DNA from: Cellvibrionaceae bacterium
GTDB taxonomy: Bacteria > Pseudomonadota > Gammaproteobacteria > Pseudomonadales > Cellvibrionaceae
Direction: 5' to 3'
NCBI GenBank assembly: GCA_965248935.1
Contig: OZ252214.1
Location: 2,097,874 to 2,161,873, forward strand
Length of the DNA stretch: 64,000 nucleotides
How positions within the stretch are numbered: position 1 is the stretch's first letter; each line of letters starts with the position of its first letter. This document shows, piece by piece, positions 30,995 through 39,206 of the stretch. A program made the position numbers and the translations under genes. The notes under the pieces are model-generated. The model saw only the letters and a program-made list of their open reading frames with translations, was not told where the DNA came from and ran no database searches.

Positions 30995-33016
30995 CTATTC
31001 GCCCGTTTTACCCGTGATGGTTTCCACCACTTTTCCGGCACTTTTGCCCAAAAGATTGGTAAGTAAATCCTGTACGGCTGGTGTTTCCTTCATAAAGGCT
31101 TCCACAGATTTACCCGCTGACAGCGATTTAGTAATGGTTTTAAGGAAATCACCGTCACCCCCAACAATATCGATATTCGCCTGTTTAAGCGCTTCTGCCA
31201 TAACTTGCGCTTGGTCGTTGGCAATCTCTTTATTTGCGGTAATGGCGGCCATGGCCTCTTCGAAGTTTTTCTCTAGCTCCATACGGAATTCTTCGTGCTC
31301 TCTAGACTGTTCAGTCATTGTATTGAGTGCATTAAATTTCTCAATCAAACCATGCGCTTCGTTAACAAATTTCGCTTTGGTCACGTCCGCATCAGCCATA
31401 CCTTTTTCACGATCCGCTTTTGCAACAGCAAGGCCCATTTGCTCTTCACCGGACGCCTCAGCACCCAATTTCTCTTCCATAACTTTTGCTTCTGCCAAAC
31501 CTTCTTTCTCTAGGGCAACAGCATGAGCTTCTTGACCTTTCGCTTCAGCGACCATTTTTTCTTCGATGACTTTTGCTTCGGCGATACCTTCTTTTTCCAT
31601 TGCGTCCGCTTTTGCTTCTTGTACTTGTGCGTCCGCTAAACCTGGTGCTGCTGTAGTAGCTTGTACACCCTCAGCAATTTTCTTCTCAGCTTCTGCCTGT
31701 TTAGCCGCCGCTTCCAACTCCGCTTGCGCGATGGTATTAATTTCTTTCGCTTTAAAGGTCGCTTTGGTCGCTTCCGCTTCCGAAGCTTTAACTTCTTTTA
31801 CCAAATCTTCTTCTGCGGCGGCATGAGCGGCGATAACGATGGCTTGCTTATTTCGGTCTGCTTCAGATACCACTCGTACTTCTTTAATTTTCTCTTCTTC
31901 TTGCGCCACGGTTTTCTCAACGGCAATTCGCTCACGAATCACATTGGCGATTTCACGTTTTTCATGTTCAAGTGCTTTTTCTTTCTCAATGGTCTGTAAC
32001 TCAACCTCACGCTCACGCGAAACAACTTCCAATTCCTGAGCGCGAGTAACTTTTTCGACTTCGATCACCACTGCGCGTTGTCGATTCTGCTCAGCGACTT
32101 CAATTTCACGTTGAACATTTTCATTTTGCACCGAAATTTCTTGATCGGCCACTAAGCGCGCCTGCTCAGATTTTTGGCGCTCTTCCTCTTGAACTTTTTT
32201 GGTTTCCGCTTCTTCACGCGCTTGAACACTTAGAACTTCACGCTGCTGCCTTGCAATTGCGTCTTTTTCTTGCAGTTCAAGCGATAGCATGGCTTCTTTT
32301 GTTTCAACATTCTTTTTCTTAATCGCCAGCTCTTCGTTTCGCTCTAACTCGTTGGTAACAACATTTTGTTCTGCGGTTAGCTGAGTAATCTTGCGAATAC
32401 CTTCAGAGTCCATAATATTGGATTCATCTAGGCTTTTCTTTGGCGTCTGCTCTAGATAATCAATAGCGACATCCTCTAAAGCGTAACCGTTCAAATCATC
32501 GCCAATAACTTCGACAATTTTCTCCCTAAACATAATTCTATTTTCAAATAAATCGGTAAATTCCATTTGTTTACCTACAGTTTTTAACGCTTCCGAAAAT
32601 TTTGCATTAAATAGTTCGTTTACTGCGGATTTGTCTGATGCACGATCTACGCTAATTGCCTTTGCGACACGTAATACATCTTCACGTGTTTCATTTACAC
32701 GAAGGTAGAAAGCAACGTTTATATCCGCACGAATATTATCTTTACAAATAAGACCATCACTTCCGCGCCTATCCACTTCCATGGTAATAAGAGAAATTTT
32801 CATTTCCTCTTTTTTGTGTATCACTGGGATAACAAAGGCACCTGTAAAACTCACCCTTGGTGTAGGGCCTAAGTCATTGACAATTAGCGCTGTGCCCTGC
32901 GGGACTTTGGTATAAAACGCCTTGAAAAAAATCGCTAACATTAGGATAAGGCCAACAAGACCACCTATAGCGATGAATACTCCGGCAAAAATTGATACAT
33001 CTGGCATAACAATCAC
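30995..33016 (-). CDS. Flotillin-like SPFH/band-7 protein (E. coli YqiK type) with a long Ala/Glu-rich coiled-coil C-terminus.
   Basis: An N-terminal TM segment, then an SPFH domain (..ALIVNDLGPTPRVSFTGAFVIPVIHK..), then repeated EAKxxEEK coiled-coil. 673 aa. Confidence 0.85.
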   Translation of the reverse strand: MIVMPDVSIFAGVFIAIGGLVGLILMLAIFFKAFYTKVPQGTALIVNDLGPTPRVSFTGAFVIPVIHKKEEMKISLITMEVDRRGSDGLICKDNIRADINVAFYLRVNETREDVLRVAKAISVDRASDKSAVNELFNAKFSEALKTVGKQMEFTDLFENRIMFREKIVEVIGDDLNGYALEDVAIDYLEQTPKKSLDESNIMDSEGIRKITQLTAEQNVVTNELERNEELAIKKKNVETKEAMLSLELQEKDAIARQQREVLSVQAREEAETKKVQEEERQKSEQARLVADQEISVQNENVQREIEVAEQNRQRAVVIEVEKVTRAQELEVVSREREVELQTIEKEKALEHEKREIANVIRERIAVEKTVAQEEEKIKEVRVVSEADRNKQAIVIAAHAAAEEDLVKEVKASEAEATKATFKAKEINTIAQAELEAAAKQAEAEKKIAEGVQATTAAPGLADAQVQEAKADAMEKEGIAEAKVIEEKMVAEAKGQEAHAVALEKEGLAEAKVMEEKLGAEASGEEQMGLAVAKADREKGMADADVTKAKFVNEAHGLIEKFNALNTMTEQSREHEEFRMELEKNFEEAMAAITANKEIANDQAQVMAEALKQANIDIVGGDGDFLKTITKSLSAGKSVEAFMKETPAVQDLLTNLLGKSAGKVVETITGKTGE

Positions 33017-33033
33017 TCCATTTGAGATTAAGA

Positions 33034-33711
33034 CTAATTTTTGAATTTATTTTCTGGAACTACTTGGTAGGTCCCTTTATTTCGGTCGTATTCGATAGGA
33101 ACGACGCGGTCCCCCTTTTTGAGTTCGTTTGGTTCATCTGCCCAAATTCTCAATAGCAAATCTGCGCCCATATCGTTCATCATTGCTTCGCCGAACGATG
33201 ATGTTACTTTGCTAGAACGAATAACAGCCACTTGCCCTAGCACGGTTTTTTCAACTGTTTTTCCCACTTTTTTGAAAAGCGGTCTTAAGGGTTTTATTAG
33301 GGCTGCCGTTACTTTTACGGCAATAAAGAATGAGCCAATAACCGTTCCAGTTCCCGCTAAGAAGGATAACGGACCTGATGGTACAAAATCGAAAAGGAAG
33401 AAAACAGTGTAGTAACAGATAATCCACGCCACAATGCTTAACAACGTTAGCATAATTGTTATGGGCACACCGATAAGCCCCCAACTTATTAGAAAGCCCG
33501 CCACGGCTTCTGCTGTTGCATTGTCCATATTCAAATCAACGTCAGCATCACCGTCGAAATCCAAGTCAAGATCAAAGATATCTAGGTCTAACATCCCCAG
33601 CACAGTAAACAGCCAGAGTACAACCATTACTCCCATAAAAACGGTAAAAATGGCGGTCGGAAATGAAAACGTGATCTTAAAAAATTCTTCAAACATAAGT
33701 GCAAACACCAT
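33034..33711 (-). CDS. YqiJ-like inner-membrane protein (DUF1449, NfeD-like short form). It is the first gene of the operon.
   Basis: 225 aa. Several TM helices plus a C-terminal soluble beta domain. The yqiJ-yqiK (flotillin) pairing is classical. Confidence 0.6.
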   Translation of the reverse strand: MVFALMFEEFFKITFSFPTAIFTVFMGVMVVLWLFTVLGMLDLDIFDLDLDFDGDADVDLNMDNATAEAVAGFLISWGLIGVPITIMLTLLSIVAWIICYYTVFFLFDFVPSGPLSFLAGTGTVIGSFFIAVKVTAALIKPLRPLFKKVGKTVEKTVLGQVAVIRSSKVTSSFGEAMMNDMGADLLLRIWADEPNELKKGDRVVPIEYDRNKGTYQVVPENKFKN

Positions 33712-33777
33712 TTTGGGTATTCCCTATTGCTCTATATTGTTAGTTAGCCAGCTATTGAGACCATATCAAAGAAGACG

Positions 33778-33963
33778 GACATAATATGTCGCATAAGACA
33801 TATTATGTCAACACTGTTAGGGGAAGAGTCATGTATTTCTCTAAATATCCATTATTAAAAATTGGCGATGCCCTTTTTAAACGTCCACACACAAAAATAC
33901 AAGAAAATTATTGTTGACATATTATGTCACGAGGATACACTAACTCCATCGACATAATATGTC
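33778..33963. promoter_or_regulatory. Divergent promoter region carrying four copies of the perfect 13-bp palindrome GACATA-N-TATGTC, at 33778-33790, 33797-33809, 33916-33928 and 33951-33963. The two inner copies each embed an outward-facing TTGACA -35 hexamer.
   Basis: Read directly. The sites are arranged symmetrically (outer copies with central A, inner copies with central T) between the yqiJ-like start (33711, minus) and the yjfI-like start (34007, plus). TTGACATATTATGTC and TTGACATAATATGTC give -35 boxes. Candidate -10s lie 17-19 bp away and run into the outer sites. Confidence 0.6.
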
Positions 33964-34006
33964 GCCAAAGGTGCCGACCAATAGGCACTCTATAAAGGGC
34001 CAATAG

Positions 34007-34414
34007 ATGACTCAATTACAGGAACTAATACAGCAGTTAAGTGATGCAAGCTACCAGGGGCATAGCTTCAATTGTCTGCCTATACCGGGTGAGCAAGAGG
34101 TTTTGCAGGTAACGGTTTCCGGTCAGGACGAGATACCTATCTACGTTACTGTGACGGAAACCCAGATTCTTTGCATCGTATACCTGTTTAGGGAGAGTGA
34201 GGTCAGAGATGACGCTTTTAACGAACTGAATGAACGATGTTTGCAAGTGAATGTGCCTATGCCGCTGTCGGCCTACGCCAAAATAGATGATCAATATGCG
34301 CTTTTCGGTGCCTTGTCGATCAATTCACTGTTCAACAATATTATGAAAGAAATAGTGACCTTAAGTGATAACTCAGTAGTCGCACTTGAAGTTGTTGAAG
34401 ACCTTCTGAAATAG
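34007..34414 (+). CDS. YjfI-like (DUF2170) protein, the conserved partner upstream of the PspA-family gene.
   Basis: 135 aa, 30-nt gap to the PspA-like gene. The E. coli yjfI-yjfJ arrangement is recalled from memory. Confidence 0.45.
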   Translation: MTQLQELIQQLSDASYQGHSFNCLPIPGEQEVLQVTVSGQDEIPIYVTVTETQILCIVYLFRESEVRDDAFNELNERCLQVNVPMPLSAYAKIDDQYALFGALSINSLFNNIMKEIVTLSDNSVVALEVVEDLLK

Positions 34415-34444
34415 GAAGCTTAACGCTAAATTGGAGAATCAGAG

Positions 34445-35131
34445 ATGAATGTTATGAAGAAGTTGCTCACCGCACTACGAGGTGGAGCCCGCGAAGTCGG
34501 CGAGGCAGTTATAGATGCTAACTCCATGCGCATATACGAGCAAGAAATTGAGGATGCAAGACAACATATCAACGAGGCGAAAGAAAGCCTCACTACCGTT
34601 ATGGCGCAAGAGATGCAACTGAAGCGTGAGATTACATCTCTGCAAGAACAGGTTGCCCAACATGAGGGGTATGCTCGTGAAGCCTTGGATAAAAATAACG
34701 AAACACTTGCTCTTCAAGTTGCCGAAAAAGTAGCTGTATTGGAAAACGAATTATTAGAACACAAGGGCAGCCAGGCCGTTTTGCTTGGTCAAGTGGATAG
34801 CTTGAAAACTCAAATCCGCGAAGGTGAAAAAACCATCGCGGACCACGAGCGACAACTATCAATGGTGAAAACTACGGACAGTGTGCAAAAGGCAACGATT
34901 GCTATCTCGGAGAATATAGCGGCAAATAACTCGCAGTTAAATTCAGCAAAAGAGTCGCTTGAACGGATTCGAAAGCGACAACAACAAACAACAGACAAAC
35001 TCGTAGCAGGAAAGCAGTTAGCAGACGAGGACGCCGATACGGTTCTTCAATCCAAGCTCAAGGATGCGGGCATTATCACTCAGGAAAATACGGGTGCGTC
35101 CGTTTTGGAACGCTTGAAAAAGGGTTCTTAA
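34445..35131 (+). CDS. PspA/IM30 (Vipp1/ESCRT-III superfamily) family protein, YjfJ-like.
   Basis: 228 aa, all-helical with heptad-rich sequence. The N-terminus MxxMKKLLTALRGGAREVGEAVIDANSMRIYEQEIEDARQHINEAKESL is typical of the PspA family. Confidence 0.8.
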   Translation: MNVMKKLLTALRGGAREVGEAVIDANSMRIYEQEIEDARQHINEAKESLTTVMAQEMQLKREITSLQEQVAQHEGYAREALDKNNETLALQVAEKVAVLENELLEHKGSQAVLLGQVDSLKTQIREGEKTIADHERQLSMVKTTDSVQKATIAISENIAANNSQLNSAKESLERIRKRQQQTTDKLVAGKQLADEDADTVLQSKLKDAGIITQENTGASVLERLKKGS

Positions 35132-35382
35132 TCAAAGCTTTGTAAGATATTAAGGAAAATGGAAAAACAGTGGGTAAGGGATACCCTATGGCGCTGGCAT
35201 CGAAGCCAGCATAAGGACAATCGCTGGAAGCGATATTGACAAGGAATTTGTATAGGAACTGTTTTTCTAAAGGAGCAAAAACGCAAGGGATTGCTGAATA
35301 GGAAGTTCAAACAAAGCTTTTAACGGCTTAGGTATCCCATAGCCTAAGCCATTTCTCCCACGAAGTTTATCTCCGTGGGATT

Positions 35383-35727
35383 TTGTCGTTATCGGTTAAC
35401 ACTATGACTAAAGATACACTCTGGGAAAAAGAAAGGCAGGCGGTCAAAGCAACGCAGATCGCTTTTGATATTGGCGTGGAAACCCAAACCACAATTAAGA
35501 AATATGCCTTGGACAATGCCTTAACCCCCTCCGATCAAATTCGAAAGATACTTGGGCTCTATGTAAAAAGTAAACCCGTCAGACCCCGCCTAACTATCTC
35601 GTTAACCGATGACGACTTTCATGTTCTTGCCAAAAAATATAATATTGACCCTGAAAATAAAATTAAAATCAAAGAGCTTGCGGCTTTGGAATTAATTGAT
35701 TTCGCCCAAGATTTGAATAAGGAATAA
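35383..35727 (+). CDS. Hypothetical small protein, possibly DNA-binding.
   Basis: 114 aa. ..RPRLTISLTDDDFHVLAKKYNI.. resembles a ribbon-helix-helix strand-helix. Speculative. Confidence 0.3.
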   Translation: MSLSVNTMTKDTLWEKERQAVKATQIAFDIGVETQTTIKKYALDNALTPSDQIRKILGLYVKSKPVRPRLTISLTDDDFHVLAKKYNIDPENKIKIKELAALELIDFAQDLNKE

Positions 35728-36222
35728 ACCCTATGAAATGCACAGCTTGCTCACCAGCTTAATAGTGTCTTTACCAACGCTTGGCAAGCAGGTTTACGCG
35801 CAAAACACAGCGAACAAGTATTTGAGGCAATGTATACAAAAGATTTTGGCGAGGAAGCCTATACAAAGATTAAAGAATTTAAACAGTGGTTGGATAAGCA
35901 AGACGCTATCGATTTAACGTCTCCATTTATTCAAACTCAAACACTGAGGATTTTAGACTGTTTTTATAGAGCCACACCACAGACAGGTGCCTAAGAAAGG
36001 AACTAAACCTTAGCATTTTGTTAGGCTTAGAAGCTGGTCGAACTATTGAGCCAAATACGATGCTGAGAGATGCCAATTCGCCTCGCCAAGATAATTTTTA
36101 TGATGCCAATCTGTGGGATTTTTTGGATCAAAGTGACTCTTTAGTTGCGTTGCTTTTAAACTTTGCCATCGCTGAAACTCAACTGATTATATTGGTGTCC
36201 GCTAAGGGTCACTTGCCCCTGT

Positions 36223-36500
36223 TTATGAAAACAACTCCGAATGGCTACCTGTTCGCACAAGATCAATTACTTTTTCCTCTTCATTAACCCGATAAATTAA
36301 GAGCCAGTCGGGTTCGATATGGCACTCCCAATGCCCAACATAATTACCTGTAAGATTATGATCTCGATTGCTTACTGGCAGTGCTTCACCCGAGGTTAAA
36401 AGCTCCAATATGATATGGAGCTTTTGCACATTTTTACTTTGACGCTTGCACTTCTTGAGAGGTCACGTTTAAATTTATTAGATGCGAATAATTCGTACAT
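36223..36500 (-). pseudogene. yafQ: YafQ-like (RelE/ParE-fold) toxin gene with a frameshift in codons 14-16.
   Basis: ATG 36500 overlaps the dinJ stop (TAATG). It encodes MYELFASNKFKRDL.., then must shift frame near CTCTC (36455-36461) to join ..KKCKRQSKNVQKLHIILELL...HWECHIEPDWLLIYRV...RTGSHSELFS. The tracked ORF is the 68-aa GTG-started piece. Confidence 0.65.
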
Positions 36501-36763
36501 TAGATATCTAAGTCTTTAAACATGGCATCTGCATCCTTATATCGTGTACCTTGTCCGTTCTCGATCTCTTTCATAGCTTCTAATGTTTCAACATTAGGCA
36601 CTTTTGCTTTTGGCTGGAAAGGCAAGCCCCCTATATTTACGGATTGTTGCAGAAACAGGCGGATTGCATCGGATGTTTTTAACCCCATAGAGGCAAACAC
36701 AGCCTCTGCCTGAGCCTTTAACTCTGCTGAAACACGCGCTTGAACTGTATCGTTAGTAGCCAT
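36500..36763 (-). CDS. dinJ: DinJ/RelB-family antitoxin.
   Basis: MATNDTVQARVSAELKAQAEAVFASMGLKTSDAIRLFL...LPF matches DinJ (MAANAFVRARIDEDLKNQAADVLAGMGLTISD..). Confidence 0.8.
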   Translation of the reverse strand: MATNDTVQARVSAELKAQAEAVFASMGLKTSDAIRLFLQQSVNIGGLPFQPKAKVPNVETLEAMKEIENGQGTRYKDADAMFKDLDI

Positions 36764-36868
36764 ATCAAAACCTCTGCGTACTTATCATTACTACAACACC
36801 TACAAAGATAACCAACGATAACCAAGACATCCATACCAACCCCTTCGCACAACGCATAAAACGTTAGT

Positions 36869-37138
36869 CTAGTGCTGGTCGTAATGGCCACCTATAGCGA
36901 AGATGTAGATATAGTTATCATCAAATTTATAGATTACGCGGTCTTTTTGACTCAATCTTCGGGACCAAAGGCCAGAAAGATTATGCTTTAGTGGCTCGGG
37001 TTTTCCTGTTCCGTGAGCGGGGTCATCACGCATCATTTCTTTGAGTTGTCGGCATAAAACCTTATGTAGCTTTTTATCTTTCTCACGTAATTTCTCATAT
37101 TCTTGCCAAGTACTTCCTTCAAAGACCAGTGATCTCAC
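36869..37138 (-). CDS. yoeB: YoeB/Txe-family toxin (mRNA interferase).
   Basis: ...HGTGKPEPLKHNLSGLWSRRLSQKDRVIYKF... matches the YoeB core almost exactly. Confidence 0.85.
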   Translation of the reverse strand: MRSLVFEGSTWQEYEKLREKDKKLHKVLCRQLKEMMRDDPAHGTGKPEPLKHNLSGLWSRRLSQKDRVIYKFDDNYIYIFAIGGHYDQH

Positions 37139-37391
37139 TCATCTCCTCCTTGCCTGGCTTATATCCACCTTTCTGAGTATGCGTACCTAAAGAATCAGAG
37201 ATTTGTTGCATTAAGCTATTGTTTTGCAAGACATGAAGGGTTTCTTGCTCACGTTCCCAGTCATCGGCACTAATAACAACAAAATCTTCACCACTACGTC
37301 TAGTTACTTTAAGAGGAGTGTGGTTTCCAACTATTTGTTCTACAAAGCTTTTTAGGTTGTCTCTAAATTTATTAACACTTACGCTGTCCAT
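37119..37391 (-). CDS. yefM: YefM/Phd-family antitoxin. Start taken at the MDSVSVNKFRDNL Met; the tracked ORF extends to 37469.
   Basis: Phd/YefM N-terminus (..VSVNKFRDNLKSFVEQIVGNHTPLKVTRRSGEDFVVISADDWE..). It overlaps yoeB by 20 nt. Confidence 0.8.
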   Translation of the reverse strand: MDSVSVNKFRDNLKSFVEQIVGNHTPLKVTRRSGEDFVVISADDWEREQETLHVLQNNSLMQQISDSLGTHTQKGGYKPGKEEMSEITGL

Positions 37392-37503
37392 AAATCCACC
37401 TTGAGTTAGTGTACGGTATTTCCGTACATTATAGGGCGCAAGCCTTAACAAGTGCAAGCAGCAGCGCACACACTGTGTGGCTGGACAGCCATTACGCTGC
37501 GCT

Positions 37504-37914
37504 TCATGACATGCCGATATCCTTCATCAAATAATAAATACCGCTCAGGCTATAGGTGATACCCCATTCATCCTTGATGAGTTGAATGATATCCTCTCCT
37601 CGAAGACGGCCTCCAGATAAAGCAGAGTGTGATGCTTCTATTTTTTGTTTTAAGGCTTTATGCTCAGAGCGATCAAGTAGGCGAGGTCTGCCACTTCTTA
37701 CTTTGTCTTTCAAACCCTCAATACCCTGTTCATGGAAGCGCTTAAGCCAAGCATAAATTTGATCAGTAGAAATAAATAATCATCGGCTAATCTGTGCTTT
37801 TGACATACCTTCTTTTCAATGTGCCATCATCATTAGTCGCTGGTAAATTCTTCTATTCCGCTCTGCCTTGGCTAAAGTGACAAAATCATCGTTTTCTAGG
37901 CGGTAAGTTGTCAT
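37504..37914 (-). mobile_element. Relic of an IS630-family transposase (N-terminal HTH region only, with in-frame stops/frameshifts and no DDE domain).
   Basis: The minus strand reads MTTYRLENDDFVTLAKAERNRRIYQRLMMMAH* ... MSKAQISR* ... IYAWLKRFHEQGIEGLKDKVRSGRPRLLDRSEHKALKQKIEAS...WGITYSLSGIYYLMKDIGMS, the typical IS630 N-terminal DNA-binding module. No catalytic domain follows. Confidence 0.6.
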
Positions 37915-37979
37915 TGAGTTATCGTATCTCTTCGGTAATTGAGGCCGCTATATTAACTGAAAACTTTCTAGGTTTGGTA

Positions 37980-38255
37980 TTAAGTGTTCATTAGTTGACA
38001 ATCGATACAATCCAGCAACATATGAATACTAAGCCCTATGCCGAGATAACGTGTTTTTATATGAAAACATAAAGCAAGGTAAAAGGGCATTAACCAAAGC
38101 TTATGTAGGGGGTGAAACCCTATACTGCAACGGTTAGGGTCGTAAATAGGGCTTGCTAATAGATGGTCAATATCAACCACCATTGTCAGCAGCATTATCG
38201 CTAACGCCTTTTTCCAATCTTTTTTAAAAAAGACCGCTACAATAAATGCCGGCAC
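37980..38255 (-). CDS. Hypothetical membrane protein with an uncertain (non-ATG) start.
   Basis: 91-aa hydrophobic ORF beginning with GTG. The open frame continues upstream without an ATG. Confidence 0.3.
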   Translation of the reverse strand: MPAFIVAVFFKKDWKKALAIMLLTMVVDIDHLLASPIYDPNRCSIGFHPLHKLWLMPFYLALCFHIKTRYLGIGLSIHMLLDCIDCQLMNT

Positions 38256-38351
38256 CAGGAAATGTAAAAATAAATGAAAAATGGTTGAATGGCCTATTTT
38301 TGTGATTTTTATTAGTGCTTACAAAATCGATGCTTACGGAAAAATCGATAG

Positions 38352-38612
38352 TTACGGAAAAGATGTATATTTTTCCAGCTCGTCAATTAATCTCAATGCT
38401 TGAGTTCGAGTATCACCACAGACACTCATTTCCGGTGCAAATTGTTTGCATACTTTTGGGTACTCCGCCGTATTCCAAATACGGCATTTGAAATTATTTT
38501 CATCTAAATGGATACACACAATACCGGCAGGCTTGCCATTGGGCATACCCGGTATGGGGTTATTGATTGATGGGGCAATACAACATGCGCCGCAATTCGC
38601 CCTGCATTCCAA
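38352..38612 (-). CDS. YkgJ-family (UPF0153) Cys-cluster zinc/iron-chelating domain protein.
   Basis: CRANCGACCIAPS...CIHLDENNFKCRIW pattern. Confidence 0.6.
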   Translation of the reverse strand: MECRANCGACCIAPSINNPIPGMPNGKPAGIVCIHLDENNFKCRIWNTAEYPKVCKQFAPEMSVCGDTRTQALRLIDELEKYTSFP

Positions 38613-38647
38613 TTGAGCTTCTCTTTTAAATATTTTTGTTCAAATGT

Positions 38648-39130
38648 TTATTGTGGTTTTAGAATATCTTGCCACCAATTAAGAGGGGTTACGCCATCTT
38701 TAGGGTCATAGATATTGCCGTAAAACCAAGCGCTTTCTGTGGCATCACCCGTATAGTCGTTAAGTATCTTTTCGATTGCTTGAAAACCGCAGCTAACATG
38801 GATGCTATATACCAATACACGGTCGTTTTCCACATCCAGAGTTCCGCCTAGTTTTTCCAGTTCCGGGCTAATATCATGTTCGATACTGGCCAAGTCTTCT
38901 TTGGCAAAAACCCGAATACACAGGTTTCCCGAGCGCTTTAGCACTTCGAAGGATCTCTCCTCGGTATTGAGCTTAATATTGTCGCCTTTGGCTATTCCTT
39001 GAACAAATGCTGGGGAAGTAACCAGCTTACTGCTGTTATCTTCGAGTATTTCTACTTGAATTCTTTCAACAACTGGCTGACCATCTGGTCTCAACCCAGC
39101 GTATAATTCAATATAGTGTTTTTGGCTCAT
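38648..39130 (-). CDS. Hypothetical protein.
   Basis: 160-aa ORF with good coding statistics and no family recognised. Confidence 0.45.
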   Translation of the reverse strand: MSQKHYIELYAGLRPDGQPVVERIQVEILEDNSSKLVTSPAFVQGIAKGDNIKLNTEERSFEVLKRSGNLCIRVFAKEDLASIEHDISPELEKLGGTLDVENDRVLVYSIHVSCGFQAIEKILNDYTGDATESAWFYGNIYDPKDGVTPLNWWQDILKPQ

Positions 39131-39206
39131 AGTCTATTTCACTGCTTTTATATTCTTTGCCCGGCATTATAGTGGTTTTCACACATACACACATTAGGAG
39201 TTAAAC

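Noticed and set aside
30960-32039. Plus-strand ORFs (30960-31526, 31295-31513, 31566-31826, 31661-31999, 31839-32039) and the Ala/Ser-rich 33434-33784 ORF.
   Set aside because: They are antisense shadows of the flotillin and yqiJ-like genes. Their low-complexity Ala/Ser translation mirrors the E/A-rich coiled-coil on the other strand.
35729-36000. Short plus-strand reading frames (MKCTACSPA*, then QLNSVFTNAWQAGLRAKHSEQVFEAMYTKDFGEEAYTKIKEFKQWLDKQD...).
   Set aside because: They are possibly a frameshifted gene fragment, but no start or family could be supported. They are left unannotated.
36018-36287. Plus-strand 89-aa ORF.
   Set aside because: It is antisense to the yafQ-like toxin gene. 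It is spurious.
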